Source: Felis catus
Taxonomy: Eukaryota
Reading direction: 5' to 3'
DNA: 64,000 nucleotides
NCBI RefSeq assembly: GCF_018350175.1
Contig: NC_058368.1
Coordinates: forward strand, 130,078,001 to 130,142,000
Shown: positions 38,437-52,390 of the stretch, piece by piece
How positions within the stretch are numbered: the stretch's first letter is position 1
Layout: the number at the start of each line of letters is the position of its first letter
Program-made: the position numbers and the translations under genes
The notes under the pieces: model-generated
The model's input: the letters and a program-made list of their open reading frames with translations, nothing else
Told to the model about the DNA's origin: nothing
Databases searched by the model: none

Positions 38437-40257
38437 ATTTGCTTGAAACACTTAAGAGAGAATAAGCACCCTTGGAAGTTCTTTCAAGGAGACAGGAATA
38501 GCTTAAAATAACTAGAACTCCTGTTTAAAATCACATATTCAGCATTCAGCATTCTCAAAACCCCTGAAATACACAGTCTTGACTATCTAAGCGGCCTCAA
38601 CCTTAACTTTGTCAAACACGGATTTGTGGGATATGCCTAATTTGCGAGAAATGATTGAGTTCAAAGAACATTCTTAATTGAAATTTCATTATGTATAAAG
38701 TTGTTCAAGTCTGGTTCAAATATTGAAACTCTGCAGTTTTTCAGCTGTGGATTGAGGAAACAAAAAAGCCTGACAGTTTTAAATGAGAAGACCAAGGCCA
38801 GGTCACCATTCAAGGCCAAACTAGGGCTATTTAAATTTTGGATCATTAAGCAAACAGACTTTGGAAACTTATTCTTTATGAAGGGATGACACTTAACTGT
38901 GCTTCAGTAATGATTAATTACATATTTCTGGGCAAAATTATAATGTAAATTTTGTTTCTAGATATTTCCCCCCCATGATGTGTCTTTCCTTTAGTTTTTA
39001 CTTTTCTTAGGCCCCACCCCCAACACAAAATTGCTCTCAGCCTGTGCTGACTCGAACATGTATGTTCTCTGTTCATTTGTTCTTCACCTCATTCCTTCAC
39101 CCCTCTGTCCATCTGCCCAACATATAGGTTTATTTAGCATGTGCTATACGAATGGAATAGAATGAATTTTAAGAAATATATACATTTCATTTTGGGCCTT
39201 CTAGAAATGATGTCTACCCTTTTGGGATTTTATCTGTTAGTGATTATGAAAGGAATTTGAAATTGGTTGATTGAAAAGAAGACAAAGTCAGCTGATGGGA
39301 TATGTTTCAGTCAACTTCTAGTGGGCTTTGGACTTGATTGTGGAAAGAGGTTTTTATTTTCCTCTTATTTCAATATCTGATGTGTTTCACAAAGAAATGT
39401 GCCATCCATTTAGTCATCAGTTATGTACCTGCTCAAATGGCCTTCCTCAGGACAGCTTAGTCAGCTACTTAGTGTCAAGACCCTTATCCAGGGAGGTGCC
39501 TCGTGGTCTGTGCTTTGTAGTGGGGTGTAGGTCTCTGTGACTTTTCCTTCATCTCTCACCCGTGAGTAAAGCTGACTAGAAGGTAGATAACAAAGAGAGT
39601 CACTAAACAGAGGCGGTCAAGCCAGTTTAGATTGTAGGAAGCCCCAGCAATCCACAACTATGGAGTGGTCCATTCTGAATGGACTTTTAGCTCTCTTATC
39701 ACCTTCAGGTTCCAAAGGCTGAGTTGAAGGTCAAGCTTCTGTTCTGGTGATCATGTTGCCAGTCACTGTAGTAGTTTCATCTTGGGCAGGTTCTATGTCT
39801 TCAGTCATTTTCAGATAGTGGAATGTTCGATCTTATTTGGTCTATGTTAAAACTTGAGTCTCACATCCACTTTAATGCTCACCTCCTCCTTGACTTAGAG
39901 CCACCCTGACCGCAGCTGGAAGGATTTGTATTGATGGTAAAGAGGTCACTATCTACCCTTCCTCCCTTCCTTTCTTCCTTTTCTGCCTTAGCTCCTTCTG
40001 GGATGGATGGACCAGATGAGAGAGATCTCAGAAAAGAACCAAAATCTTTTGCTTTCACAGCTGCTATTGTTGTTCATCCTTGGTTGTCCATGGCTGCTGT
40101 GTGGTTGGTATACAAGTGCTGGTTCTTTTGGGGTATACGAGTGGGTCCTTTGGGAAGCATAGCAAGTTGCATTTAATGCAGAGTTCCCTGATCCAGGCTC
40201 AGAAAGAGAGGGGGAAAGTGGAGCATTCCCCTAAGCCAATATTGTTGAACTCCAAAG

Positions 40258-40437
40258 ATTTTCTTTTTCTTTCTTTAACATTTATTTATTTTTGAAAGAC
40301 AGAGAGAGACAGAGCATTAGTGGGGGAAGGGTACAGAGAGAGGGAGACACAGAATCTGAAGCAGGCTCCCATGAACCATGAGATCACAACCTAAGCTGAA
40401 GTCGGAGGCTTAACTGACTGAGCCACCCAGGTGCCCC
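40258..40437 (-). mobile_element. CanSINE with internal deletion
   Basis: gcaggctccc joins directly to atgaaccatgaga; ends ccaggtgcccc. Confidence 0.92.
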
Positions 40438-40659
40438 TCTTGTGTTGAGAACTTTTAAGATATACTGTCAGCAAGTTTTACTTATGCAATACAGTATAGA
40501 CTGAGATTTTTAAAAACATATACTGGGGAGAATGAGAGGTTCTGGAAAACTCAATAGACTTTTTTTTTTTTTTCCAAGAAAGAAGAGAAGTTAATATGCA
40601 AACTGCAGTCTGGTGATCTCATTATCAATTTAGACTAAATTATTGAGAGGGTGGTTTGT

Positions 40660-41140
40660 GAATGCTTGCAAAAGTAATGGTCTCTGGCCAATGCAGTAAA
40701 GCAAGGAAAAGATATAAAAAATTCAAGGACTGGAAGGGAAGAGACAGGAAACTTAAGACAACCAATAGACTATTAAAACTAATGAAAGAGTTCAATGAGG
40801 TCAATATATAGAAAACCAACAATAACAACAACAAAAATATCAACAGAGTTCTTCTATACTTGCACTAGCTAAAAATATAGTGGAGAATACGATGCCTTTC
40901 ATTAAAGCAACAAAACTTGAAAAATCTAACTAGAAAGTGACCTAAGAAAATAAAGAAAATACTTTTGGAAAAATAATAAAACTCTATTAAAAGACACAAA
41001 GAAACGTGTCTAATTGTAATCACAGCTTTTAGAGAACCATTTAAGACATGGCAAGCGCTGAAGAATTCACCAAATGAATGAATGAATCCCAACACATGGA
41101 GAGAGATACCCCTCTCATCCATGGAAAAGTTAAGACTGTA
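40660..41140 (+). mobile_element. Ancient L1 ORF2 fragments
   Basis: ctggccaatgcagtaaagcaaggaaaag...aaactaatgaaagagttca...catggagagagatacc. Confidence 0.65.
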
Positions 41141-41659
41141 GAGCCCTCAAATATTTTTTATTTTTTTAGTGCAGATTGAATGTGGTGGGGAAGCTGCAAG
41201 GAGAAGAACGGGACTGGAAATGGGGTATCAGGAAGAACAACAAAAAAATAAAAATAAAATAGTTGGCGGGCAGGTACTGATGATGATAGGATGCCATAAA
41301 CCAATCATTCAGTAAAAGGTGCCTGAGAGTCAGGAAGGGCAAACAGGCCATGAGATTATCAATTATAGAAGTTAGCAAATAATGAGATGAAGCTGGAACA
41401 TATGAGATGAAGCTGCTTGGCTTGATAGCCGTCACCATCTAAGGAGAGCTCCATAAACGTATCGATATGTTGACCTGAACAAGGCAAAAGGAGATAAGCC
41501 AAAGGAGAAAGTCTTGTTCACAGGTCCATAAACTTAATGGCAAAAACACAGCTTAAAGACATGTGCCTTAACAACATCACATGTGAAAAAGATGTAAGAG
41601 TTCATTTTAAATTCAGTGTGTAACTCCAAAGATTCTTAATCATCTGTTCTTGTGGACCA

Positions 41660-41820
41660 TTTGTTCTCCATGCTGGCTGCCTTGAGGAGCCTTTGAAAGA
41701 ATACCAGTGTGTCTGGGACCATCCACAGGGATTCTGAGTTAATTGATAGGGTGCAGACCTGAGTGTTTTGGAAAAGTTCTTCAGCTTATTTTAACGTGCA
41801 GCCGTGTTTGGGAACCAGGG
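41660..41820. mobile_element. MER5A-like hAT MITE
   Basis: gggattctgagttaattg...ttttaacgtgcagccgtgtttgggaacca. Confidence 0.65.
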
Positions 41821-43683
41821 ATACAGTGAGAATGGAGGGGAGATGGTGTCATCACTCACTAGTGAATGCCATGGGGATGTGGCTGGTGTACCCTTGGTGG
41901 CTGCATCTTTTGAGAATGTGGGCTATATGAAGTCATTATTGCTTTTTGCTTTGCAACCATAGCTGAAATTTTCATCCTGCATTGAATTTTGCTGTGATTT
42001 TTGTGAGCCTACCTGGCTTTCTTGTCTTGATGTCGACACCTCCTTCTGTGAAGAGAAGATACACAGAACTGCCAGTTGCCTTTTACTGATAGTGGCTGAG
42101 AGGCTCTGACAGGTAAATTCTGTGAAACTGTACCTCAGTCCCGCACTTCTGGAGCACCGTGGAGGAATCATGAGCTCATGACACACTTTTCGTTTCCAAC
42201 TCAGATTTAACAAAGGTTTTCCTCAAGAAACCACAGACACATTCAGGTGACATCTTCTTTCCTCTCACACCCGTCTCCCCTTTTCCTAACACATTTTACT
42301 AGCAGCCTCAATGTGAAAATCGTACTGTTGTTACTGAGATTTTCGTCAGCTCCTGTTACTTAGGCTCTCCATGAACCCATTATCCTTTGGTCTTTTGACA
42401 CCACATAATAATTCCCATAGCAACAAATTGTAGCATCAGAAACTGAGATGATGACTTCAGGTGAAGGATAAATAACAGGAACCACTGAAGTTGGTGCAGG
42501 GAGGGGACCGAGTATCCTGCTTCAAACACAGTGAAAGTCACTCTGAAAAAACACGATTCAATACTGAAACAGAATCATCCCTAAATAGAAATTTCAGTTT
42601 TTTCCCCCATGAGTCATCAGTGACTTTAAATTCAGTTCTTGTTGGCAGTAAATTTGCACAATAAGTTTTTGGTATGGGTGCTGCCAAAAAGGAAACGAGT
42701 TGTTGGCAGAATGAAGCGTATGTGGTTCGAGATGGGAGTGTGCTGACCATTTAGTTACTCTTTTTTAAGTATGAAAGACAGAAGCCTTGCTGATAACTTG
42801 TCATAGTGGGAATGGGAAGTCAGACCCTGATCATAGGTATGTGCAGAAGTCATCAAGTGCTTATGGCATCATTTGGTTAGAATGTGAAATTCTCTTCCCC
42901 TCCATCTTGTCTTTGAAGAGGCAATTCTGAATTTCACATTGTGACGGGAAAGATTTGGTCTCTGTGTTTTGGTAAAAACAAAACGGGTGAACTTGAGTTT
43001 CAGTGGGAGAGTAGCTGACAAAGCATCAAGGGATCCTCAGATCCCTTTCATTTTTTTCCCCTGACATTAATGGGTTTTGGGGTTTATGAAGCTAACCTAA
43101 CCTCATTGGAGTCCTTTCTTTGTTGTAAAATAAGGAGATGAACCAGCCAATTTTACCTATGCTTCTTCACAGCTTGAATGGTGTATGAATTTCTGATTGG
43201 TCCCTTGTCCATCACTGTATATTATGCAAATCATGATTGAATTTATTTTCTGCTCCTTCTCTGTACCCCCTTCTCAGTTTTGGCCCTCATCTTAGCAGAT
43301 GAGAATAGTGGCTGAGCAGATAAAGTTTAATTTTGGATTCTCTATGATTTGGTGGCAGAGATGGCTAATTATTAATCAAAATACATGCTGTACTTTCCAT
43401 AGTATAGAATTTATCATTGCTCCTACACTTAAGTGAGGCTCTGTGACTCATTTCTGCTGCCAGGGTATAAGAATTAATAGATGCCACTGTTCAGCCAAAG
43501 TGGAGAGGAAGGGTTGTCCCTTCTCCATTGTGTCTTCCCCCTTCTCTTGGCTTGGATGTCATTACCCAGAGCGATTATGGAAGCGTAAGTTTAAAACACC
43601 TGATCTTTTGTTAGCCTTGTTCCTTCAATGACTGGGTGAAACAGAGCACTATGCCCACCAGGAAAAAAAAATTACATAGGTAA

Positions 43684-43686
<3 letters not shown>

Positions 43687-43732
<46 letters not shown>

Positions 43733-43805
43733 CATATATATGATATATATATGACATATATGTATGATATATGTATGATATATATATATGACATATATAT
43801 GATAT
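43687..43805. repeat. (TA)n grading into (TATATGA/GACATA)n
   Basis: Directly visible. Confidence 0.95.
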
Positions 43806-44179
43806 TTTGTAATTGTCCCTTGTAAGCTCATGATTTTTGTAATTTGTATGTTTTACTTACAAATATGAAGTACATATTTAAAAGCATTGTGATTTTCCTT
43901 TTTTGTTTCCTATATAATAAATGTTAACATTTTATATTTAATGTAATGTATTTAATGTAATTTATTATCATTATTATTATTATTTAAACCCTTTCCCCCT
44001 TACACTAGAGAACCAATCTATAAACTCTCCTTAATGTTTTTGCAACCATAGGAGTAGTTATCTCCTGCTGTTTGTGTATATGTGTTTCCTCTTCATAAAT
44101 AAATGGTAACATGTTGTTCCAGGCCTCCAATAGTCAGTGGCGATTTTTAATGCTTGATAAACCATCTGTTAACAAAATT

Positions 44180-44500
44180 ATATTTATTTTTTATTTTCTC
44201 TCTCTCTCTTTTTTTATCCTCCTTTTGACTCCCTTCACCCATTTCTTATACCCCTACACCCCCCAGCTCAGTCAATTCTATTTATGGGATGTATTTTGAT
44301 TCCACATATAAGGAAGTTCCTACAGTGTTTGTCTTTCTCTAATTTCACTTAGCGTAATGCTCTCAAAATCCATCCATGTTGTCACATATGGTAGGAATTT
44401 CATTCTTGTGTATGATGAATAATACTCCACTGTGTCACACACACACACACATATATATATACACACACACACGTATACACATACATAGATACATACACAC
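44180..44500 (-). mobile_element. Old L1 3' fragment with CA/TA repeat
   Basis: ORF 44320-44526 contains EYYSS...LPYVTTWMDFESITLSEI. Confidence 0.85.
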
Positions 44501-45356
44501 TGTGTTAAACCAGGAATCCTGGGCATTTATTTCTCATAATAACTAGTGTTACCCTGACCAGTATAGTTTGAAACGTTATTTCTTATAAGATTTTTCTTCT
44601 CTTCTCCACAACTCTGAGAGAAGCCTTTGTATTTTGAAGGTGGCATATCACCATTATGATCTGGTTAAATTGTCTAACAGGGTTTATTGACAGGAAATTT
44701 TATGTTTGAAGGTTGGGGAATGGCAGGCCATTCTCCAGAGGCATGCAATTAGTTTCCCTGAGATTCCTATAGGATTGGAGTGGAATTTTGAGAAGCTGAG
44801 GTGCTCTAATGCCACCAGAAGAGCCCTCTCCTCTCAGAGGAGGCAAAACGTGGATTGGGATGGCACTTGGGGCACTGTCAGCCTTTGAATGCCATGAAAA
44901 CCTGAAGCCTTCTTGGTTTTCTGGGCTATGTAAGCTCCGGTGTTTTTGTTTCTTTGTTTATTTGTGTGCTTGTTGTTTTTGGTCCCTTCTTACAAGGTAT
45001 TATAAGCTTCTGATTGATCTTGTTGTTGTTGACAACCTTGGTCAGTTGAAACTTGAATTGGATGTAATTTTACTTTAAAAAAAAAGCAACATGATATTTC
45101 TTGCACTCAGGGTGTCATTGGTACCAGTTATAAGTGGACTGATAATCCCTGTGAATCCAATACAGGTATATGAATAATGCATTGCATTCAGTTGTGGAAG
45201 GCTATAGTCTATGAGATAGTTTTAGTATCTCATAAGCTAAGCAAATAGTCACTTTTGCTTTCTAGATTAGTTCAGGACATGTTACATTCCACATACATAT
45301 TTTTCTGTGGCGTTAAACTGTATGTATATAGCTACATATATGCTATATATAGATGC

Positions 45357-45373
45357 TGGTGGTGGTGGTGGTA

Positions 45374-45449
<76 letters not shown>
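45357..45449. repeat. Compound (GGT)n(GT)n(GA)n microsatellite
   Basis: Directly visible. Confidence 0.97.
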
Positions 45450-45451
<2 letters not shown>

Positions 45452-45495
45452 TATGATACTTGGGTCACTTTACCTCGAAATCCCCAGCCCCATTT

Positions 45496-45708
45496 TTTAA
45501 AAAAAATTTTTTCAATGTTTATTTATTTTGGAGAGAGAGAGTGTGAACAGGGGAGGGGCAGAGAGATAGGGAGACACGGAATCCGAAGCAGGTTCCAGGC
45601 TCCGAGCTGTCAGCACAGAGCCTGACGCGGGGCTCAAACTCTCAAACCACGAGATCATGACCTGAGCCGAAGTTGGATGCTTAATTGACTGAGCCACCCA
45701 GGCGCCCC
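45496..45708 (-). mobile_element. CanSINE
   Basis: Near-perfect TSD tccccagccc(c)cattt. Confidence 0.95.
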
Positions 45709-46816
45709 TCCCCAGCCCCATTTAGCATGTGCTGTGGATTACATACTCATTTTGACATCAGCTTAAGAAAAATAGAGTTGTTAAAATAAATTGACTCATG
45801 CTATATACTGTATCTGAACAAAGATTTCACAGTGCACACTAAGTCAGACAGAGATTACTTTTAGGGTTACTTGTATACCTGTCACCATCTTGGTTTGCCT
45901 AATTAGGCATCAGCTATACCTAGAAAATACTAAGTGCAAAAAAGATTAGAAAAGTGCACATCTTAGGTGTTAAGTAGGAGAATAAATATTCTGAGATCCA
46001 AATACTCTTATCTTTTAAATAGATAGTATTGATGAGAAAGAAAAGCTATTATGTTGGAAGAAGGGACGGGAGGTATCAGGGCTAAGCCAGACAAATAGAA
46101 ACTGTAAAGTCAGTAGATTTAGGAATACTGGTATAGGTACCATGATTTTATATATAGGAAAAATAAATGAGGAAAGAAGGCAGGTGTAATGGTTTGCATT
46201 CTACAAACCACAATAATAGATGAATAAATGTAGCTCACCACCCACAAAGCAGAGGACTTAGCTGAATGTCTTCTTTGGGCCTAGAAATGGCCCTCCTACT
46301 TTATACTAATGGATTTACATTGAGAGCAAAAACTATATTTTAATGTAGTCAGTCAAAAGTCATCAGAAGTGGTGTTGCACATAGTCTAACTATATCCATC
46401 ATAGGGAAAGATCTGGGGAGAAGCGCTGGCTGGGTTTGTAGCATAGAGAAAGGAGGTCATGAAAGGAAGGGATTTGGGGTTGTGTACTTAAGGGTTACCT
46501 TGGGCCCAGCATGCTCCCTCTTGGTGCTCTGGGGAAGCTGGCCTAGGTTTCTAGCAATCTAGGCAGTCTCCTGCTAAGATTGTTTTACTTATTTTTACCA
46601 TGGAGGTAGGACTTGTTAAAACAGCCAAGGACAGCTTGCATGGTTTTTCAGGGTCAAGATGCCAGCTCCTCTTTAAGGGAAGGACTTAACTTCTTAACTT
46701 CTGTGTCCCCCAACACCCAGTAGAGTACTGGGCATATAATACGCATTCAATAACTTTGAGTGAATGAACATGTGGCTGGATGAACCACTGATGTACCTGG
46801 GAGAAAAATGGGGTCT

Positions 46817-47020
46817 ATTATTTACTTATGAGAGGGAGAAGGAGAGGGAGAGAGGAAGGTGGAAGGGGCAGAGAGAGAGTGGCAGAGAGAGAGGGAGAGC
46901 AAGAATCCCAAGCAGACTCCTCGCTGTCAGTGCAGAGCCCAATGTGGGGCTTGAACTCACCAACTTTGAGATCATGACCTGAACTGAAACTGCTTAACCG
47001 ACTGAGCCACCCAGGTGCCC
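46817..47020 (-). mobile_element. CanSINE
   Basis: Long AG tract; ends ccacccaggtgccc. Confidence 0.92.
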
Positions 47021-50000
47021 TGGGATCTGTTTTTTGGTGTGTGTGTGTGTGTTTCTTGAGGTCCAGATATCTATGTTTTGATGTAAACTCACCATTGAGA
47101 AAGATAAATCATGAATATAATATCATAAAATCAACTCTTGTTTTCTACTGGACTCTGCAGAAGCATTCTGTGAGTCTCTTCCTTTTGTCCTCTTGAATGA
47201 AATTTTTAGATAGTTTCCGTAGGCTATCTGCTCACTCTTATTGATAAAAAGTCTTCTGGCCTGTTGAGCACTCAAAACTGGTGCAGTTCAGTGAGCATTG
47301 TCTGATCCAGTATCCCAGGTGAATTTCCTCTTGGTGATTCAGCAAGGGGGAAGTAGGGTGGCTAGTTGTACTCTATGTCTCTACTCTTCCCCCTGCCCAC
47401 TGACTACACTTGGAGTTAGTATTTGAAGTTGCGCATGGGATGATGCTAAGGGGGCAGGAAATTAATTACTTGACTGGTAATGCCATGATCTGCTATTGGT
47501 GCTCTCTGGGCTAAGAAAGTGATCAGTGCTGTCTTTTTAGGTAACAATTTTGGGGTTCTTCAAAGACTTGCTGTGTCATTGTTGGGGATCTCTCACAGTT
47601 CCCTTGAATTGGATGAATGTCCCTGCTCTGACTGGTTGCTTGGGGTTTTCTTAGGGTTTTCTTCCCGGGCTATGTGACTTTTTACTTTCAGCCTCTTTCT
47701 GCTCATCTTCCACACCTTCCAAGATGCCATTTTGAGCAGGATCCAAGATAACTTAGTGTTGCCTCTCACTCTCTCAGTCTCTCTTTCCTTTTCCCCTTCT
47801 CTCTCTCTCTGTCTCTCTTTCTGTTTCTTCATGTTTGATCCACGTGAGATACGCATCTTTCACCTAACATTGGTGGGAGTTGACTTTCCAAAAACAGCAC
47901 TCTTGTCACTAATTCCCAGGCAGGCAGCTTCAGCTGCAGCCACTTTTCAGATGTGAGTGAGACCCACATCCATTGTGCATCAAGTTCCAAGGAGGGCATA
48001 TCACAGTCACTGAGTGATTTCCATGAAGACCCTGTCTTTAAGCTTGAGGTAAAAACAAAACACCCAATCCATTCCCCTTTGAAGATGGAGGGGGGGTGGG
48101 TAGAATTCATACCTCCCCCTGATCTCCTTCAATATAAACCTTCTGTACCTCAGTGTGAGTGTGTCCAAGGGGCACAAACTCTACCTTTGTCCATCCTGCA
48201 TGATGTCTACACAACTGATTTTGCAGTGTGAGAATAGTTGGCTCCTCTCATCTTGGAGCTTCACATGAAAGTAAGCTGTGCAATTTATTGCAGGTCAGTT
48301 ATTTCTCGATAAATTCATTAATGACAACTTTTATAGGTCTTCAGTCCAAAGGCCCCCTAGTCCCACTGCTAGAGTCTGAAGTCCTCAGCTGGCCTGGTGA
48401 GTGCCTCTTGGCTGTTAGCTGTTGTTGGCACATGATTGCCTGGAGAGAATAGGGCTGCTGCCTGATGGAATGAAGGGTGCTCGGTTTCCAAACAGGCTGC
48501 CCCTTTAGTTCTCCAAGTGGAGGGAGTGGCATGCTTGCTTAGTCCATCTCCTGGACTCATGGTTTTCCTTAGACAGAGACTAATGAGCAGAATGTTCCAG
48601 AAATCCAAGGGCATTTGAACCCTTTTCACATCGGCAATGGTGGAGGTGACTGTTGGGTTGGTCTGTAGGAAGAGGGCATTGGGAACCTAAGTGAGTCATT
48701 TTAACTGACTCTCTACCTCCTGCAGGTAAGAACCAGGACCCAACAAAAAAGAAACAAAAAGGCAACAACAAAAATCAATTCCTGCAAATAGAATCAAAGA
48801 TCAAAATTTAGTTTAACCAGAAAGCAATTCTATAGTCTCTTTGGCTTGGAATGGATGTGCTCTTTTGACTTGGTATATGTAATACTTATTCACTTTTTTA
48901 AAATTTCCTCTTTTTCTGCCTTTTTTCTGACAGTATTCTGGTGATATTTGAATTATTTATTAAAAAAGATAATTTCTTGTATCTCAACACATTTGGGGAT
49001 CAAATCTCTGACTCTTCTATTCATATTTTAAGTGCCAAATTATTTTTGGGACCAATTTAAGTGGCCTAATTTTTTTCAGTCTTTGGTAAGAAATAATATC
49101 TCAACAGTTCTTGAGGTTCAGGACCCATATTCTGAAGTGTTAATGGAGAACTGTGAACTCATATAGGAAGCTATTCTATTTTGACATAGTCGTTTTAGAT
49201 GGTGGAAGAGCTTTCAATATTCTTAGTGAAGGAAACCTTAAAACCTCCCATCTGAGATAAGCAAGCATGTGATTTATGGATTTGGGTCAATTTGATTATA
49301 TATTTGTATATGTGAGGAGTAGCTTTTTTGTGGAGATTTAATTGGATTAATTAATTTAAAAAGTATTACTCAGTATCTATTATTATGTGCGAGGCATTGT
49401 TGGGGAAGCTTTGGGCATAACCATGCTTAGGCTGCAGTCCCTATATTATTCTGGTTTATTTGTATGTCCTTGGATTTTTAGCTGGAGACAAGAGGCTTTT
49501 CATTTCATGTTTAAACATTCTTGGGGGTGTGTGTTTGAAAGGAATATGGAAATAAGATACATATTTTCTGCAAGTGAGAAAGTTCAAACAGGAGGCTAGA
49601 AACTCAGATTTCAGAGTTTCTGTATCCAACATTGTCTTGCGGGGTCACCTTTTGCAAGCTTTCTTTTCTAGAAGCCCCTTTCCCTTTGACAGCCCCAACT
49701 AGGAAGCTCCTAATTGTTTGCATAGCGTTTTGAAATCCTTAGGAGCTAACTGTTTTAAGTGTAAATGATACTCCAAAGACAAAGGTTCTGAGGTTAGTGT
49801 TGGTTTTTCTTTTCCTTATGCAAATACCTGTTATTTCTCAGTTGGGTTAAGCAGACAATGGAAATTGCCAAATATTTATGATAACAGATTTCTTGTGTTG
49901 CGATTTGGATTCCATGAGATGATTTTTGATTATTTATCATTGTTTGCTTTTGGCTGGGGACCTGATTTTTTTCTATTTTATGATTACTTATTTTATAGTT

Positions 50001-50104
50001 ACAATGAAAGCATCAAGCAGATGTTCTTGAGATTTCCATTGTCTTATTTCTAGTTCTTTGTTCCCAGCAAAATAACCAGAGTAATTGCCTCATTTTGGGG
50101 AGTG

Positions 50105-50106
<2 letters not shown>

Positions 50107-50141
<35 letters not shown>
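50107..50141. repeat. (GT)n microsatellite
   Basis: Directly visible. Confidence 0.97.
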
Positions 50142-50144
<3 letters not shown>

Positions 50145-50289
50145 TGAACATTTACTAATTACTGAAATCTGTTTCTTGTGGGTTGACTTCAGAATGTGTT
50201 TTGGAACTTCCTATGTAATAATACTCTTAGGTTAACTGTAACTCTATAGCCGTGATCTTGTCATCCACTTTATTTGCCATTATTATTAT

Positions 50290-50513
50290 TTAAAAAAAAA
50301 TTTTTTTTTCAACGTTTATTTATTTTTGGGACAGAGAGAGAGACAGAGCATGAACGGGGGAGGGGCAGAGAGAGAGGGAGCCCAGAATCTGAAACAGGCT
50401 CCAGGCTCTGAGCCATCAGCCCAGAGCCCGACGCGGGGCTCGAACTCACGGACCGCGAGATCGTAACCTGGCTGAAGTCGGACGCTTAACCGACTGCGCC
50501 ACCCAGGTGCCCC
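50290..50513 (-). mobile_element. Young CanSINE (SINEC_Fc-like)
   Basis: Many retained CpGs; perfect 15-bp TSD tatttgccattatta. Confidence 0.97.
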
Positions 50514-50805
50514 TATTTGCCATTATTAAAAATAAGGGTCAGAAGTTTGTGATGTGTACTATTTTGGACAAAGTACATTGTCTAAATTCTCTGGAAGTTT
50601 GTTTCATAATATGAAGGATTCTCAAGTTGAAAGTGTGCTTAGACCACCGGCCATAAACTGCTAATAAAGGAGGGGCCAGCCAGTCAATGTAAGTGAGTAC
50701 AATGGAATGTCATGAGTGTAAAGTAAAATAACCAATATAAGTGATGGAGAACACCAGGCCTTCTCAGGCTAAAATCTTCTTCTCATTTTTGATAGAGATG
50801 TGGAT

Positions 50806-50968
50806 TTAAATGTTTGTTTATTACTTTTGAGAGAGAAAGAGAATCCCAAGCAGAATCTGCACTGTCAGCAAGGATCCCCACGGGGGCCTTGATCTCACAG
50901 ACTGTGAGATCATGACCTGAGCCTAAATCAAAGAGTTGGGCACTTAACTGAGCCACCCAGGTGCCCCA
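50806..50968 (-). mobile_element. CanSINE (older)
   Basis: TSD agatgtggatttaa. Confidence 0.93.
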
Positions 50969-51399
50969 AGATGTGGATTTAAGGATATATTTTTCAATAG
51001 TATAACATAATAGTTCATATGCAGCATTACAGATGAGCACTGGTCCAGGGCACTCCTAGCCCCTGGAGTCTCTGGCTTGGCTAATGAAAGGAAGATGTGC
51101 TAGGGACATGTTGTCCTCTCTCTCCTGGTCAGGTGTGACCTGGGTGGATGCCGGGGTGAGTCTGTAGCCCAGGACTTCCAGATACCTGGAAGGGTGGTGC
51201 TGGGGGTTCCCACAGCAGGGGATCATTTCTGGGGATGCTGAAGGCACTTTGCTTCCAGGGCTCTTCATTCTCCCATGTTCCTTCCATTCTGACATTTCTT
51301 CTCTCACACACATCCACACCGGCAGTGGAGAGGGGGTCCTGGCATTCTGAGTGGTTTGGAGGTTCTGTGATCTGAGCTCTAAGAAGAACTACATAGTAG

Positions 51400-51590
51400 T
51401 TTCTTTTTTCTTTTCTTTTCTTTTCTTTTCTTTTCTTTTCTTTTCTTTTCTTTTCTTTTCTTTTCTTTTCTTTTCTTTTCTTTTCTTTCTTTTCTTTTCT
51501 TTTCTTTTCTTTTCTTTTCTTTTCTTTTCTTGCCTTGCCTTGCCTTGCCTTGCCTTGCCTTGCCTTTCCTTTCCTTTTTCTTTTCCTTTT
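51400..51590. repeat. (CTTTT)n with internal (CCTTG)n block
   Basis: Directly visible; occupies the tail position of the adjacent L1. Confidence 0.97.
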
Positions 51591-52052
51591 GGGTGTACAA
51601 CATAGTGACTGGACAAAGTTTATGCATTATGCTGTGTTCACTACAAGTGTACCTACCATCTGTCCCAATACATCACTATTACAGTATCACTGACCTGTAT
51701 TCCCTGTGTTGTGCCTTGCATTTCTATGACTTACTCATTCCATAAGTGGAAGACTATATCTCCCACTCCCCTTCACCCATTTGGCCCAAGCCCCAAGTCC
51801 CCTCTTCTCTGGCCACCATTAGTTTTTCTGTATTTGTAAGTCTGATTCTGCTTATTTGCTTTTTCATTTGTTTGTTTGGGTTTTTGTTGTTGTGGTGGTG
51901 GTGGTGGTGTAGATTCCACATATGAGTAAAATTATATGGTACTTGTCTCTCTCATTCTGACTTATTTCACTTAGCATAATTCCCTTCAGGTCCATCCGTG
52001 TTGTCTCAAACGGCATGGTCTCCTCCTTTTTCATGGCTATGTAGTGTTCGCG

Positions 52053-52088
<36 letters not shown>

Positions 52089-52390
52089 TGTGCACGTAAT
52101 CTTCCTTGTCCATTACATGTCTATTGATGGACACTTAAGTTGCTCCTGTACCTTGACTATTGTAAACACTGCTGCAATAAACATAAGGATGCATATATCT
52201 TTTCAAATTGGTGTTTTCATTTTCCTTGGGTAAATACTGTACAGTGGAATTGTTAGATCATATGATATTTCTATTTTTAATTTTTTGAGGAACCTCCATA
52301 GGATAACCTACTGAATGGAAGAAGATTTGCAAATGATATATCTGAAAACATAAAGAACTTATATAAATCAACACCAAAATATTGAACAAT
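51591..52390 (-). mobile_element. Older L1 3' end (minus, to 52300) plus a plus-oriented ORF2 piece (52301-52390)
   Basis: ORF 51864-52055 is an ORF2 C-terminus; ggataacctactgaatggaagaagatttgcaaatga is sense ORF2. Confidence 0.85.

Noticed and set aside
38119..38451. Lys/Glu/Arg-rich and Phe/Leu/Ser-rich ORFs
   Set aside because: Translations of the (TTTC)n microsatellite
51351..51745. Low-complexity ORFs
   Set aside because: Translations of the pentanucleotide repeat
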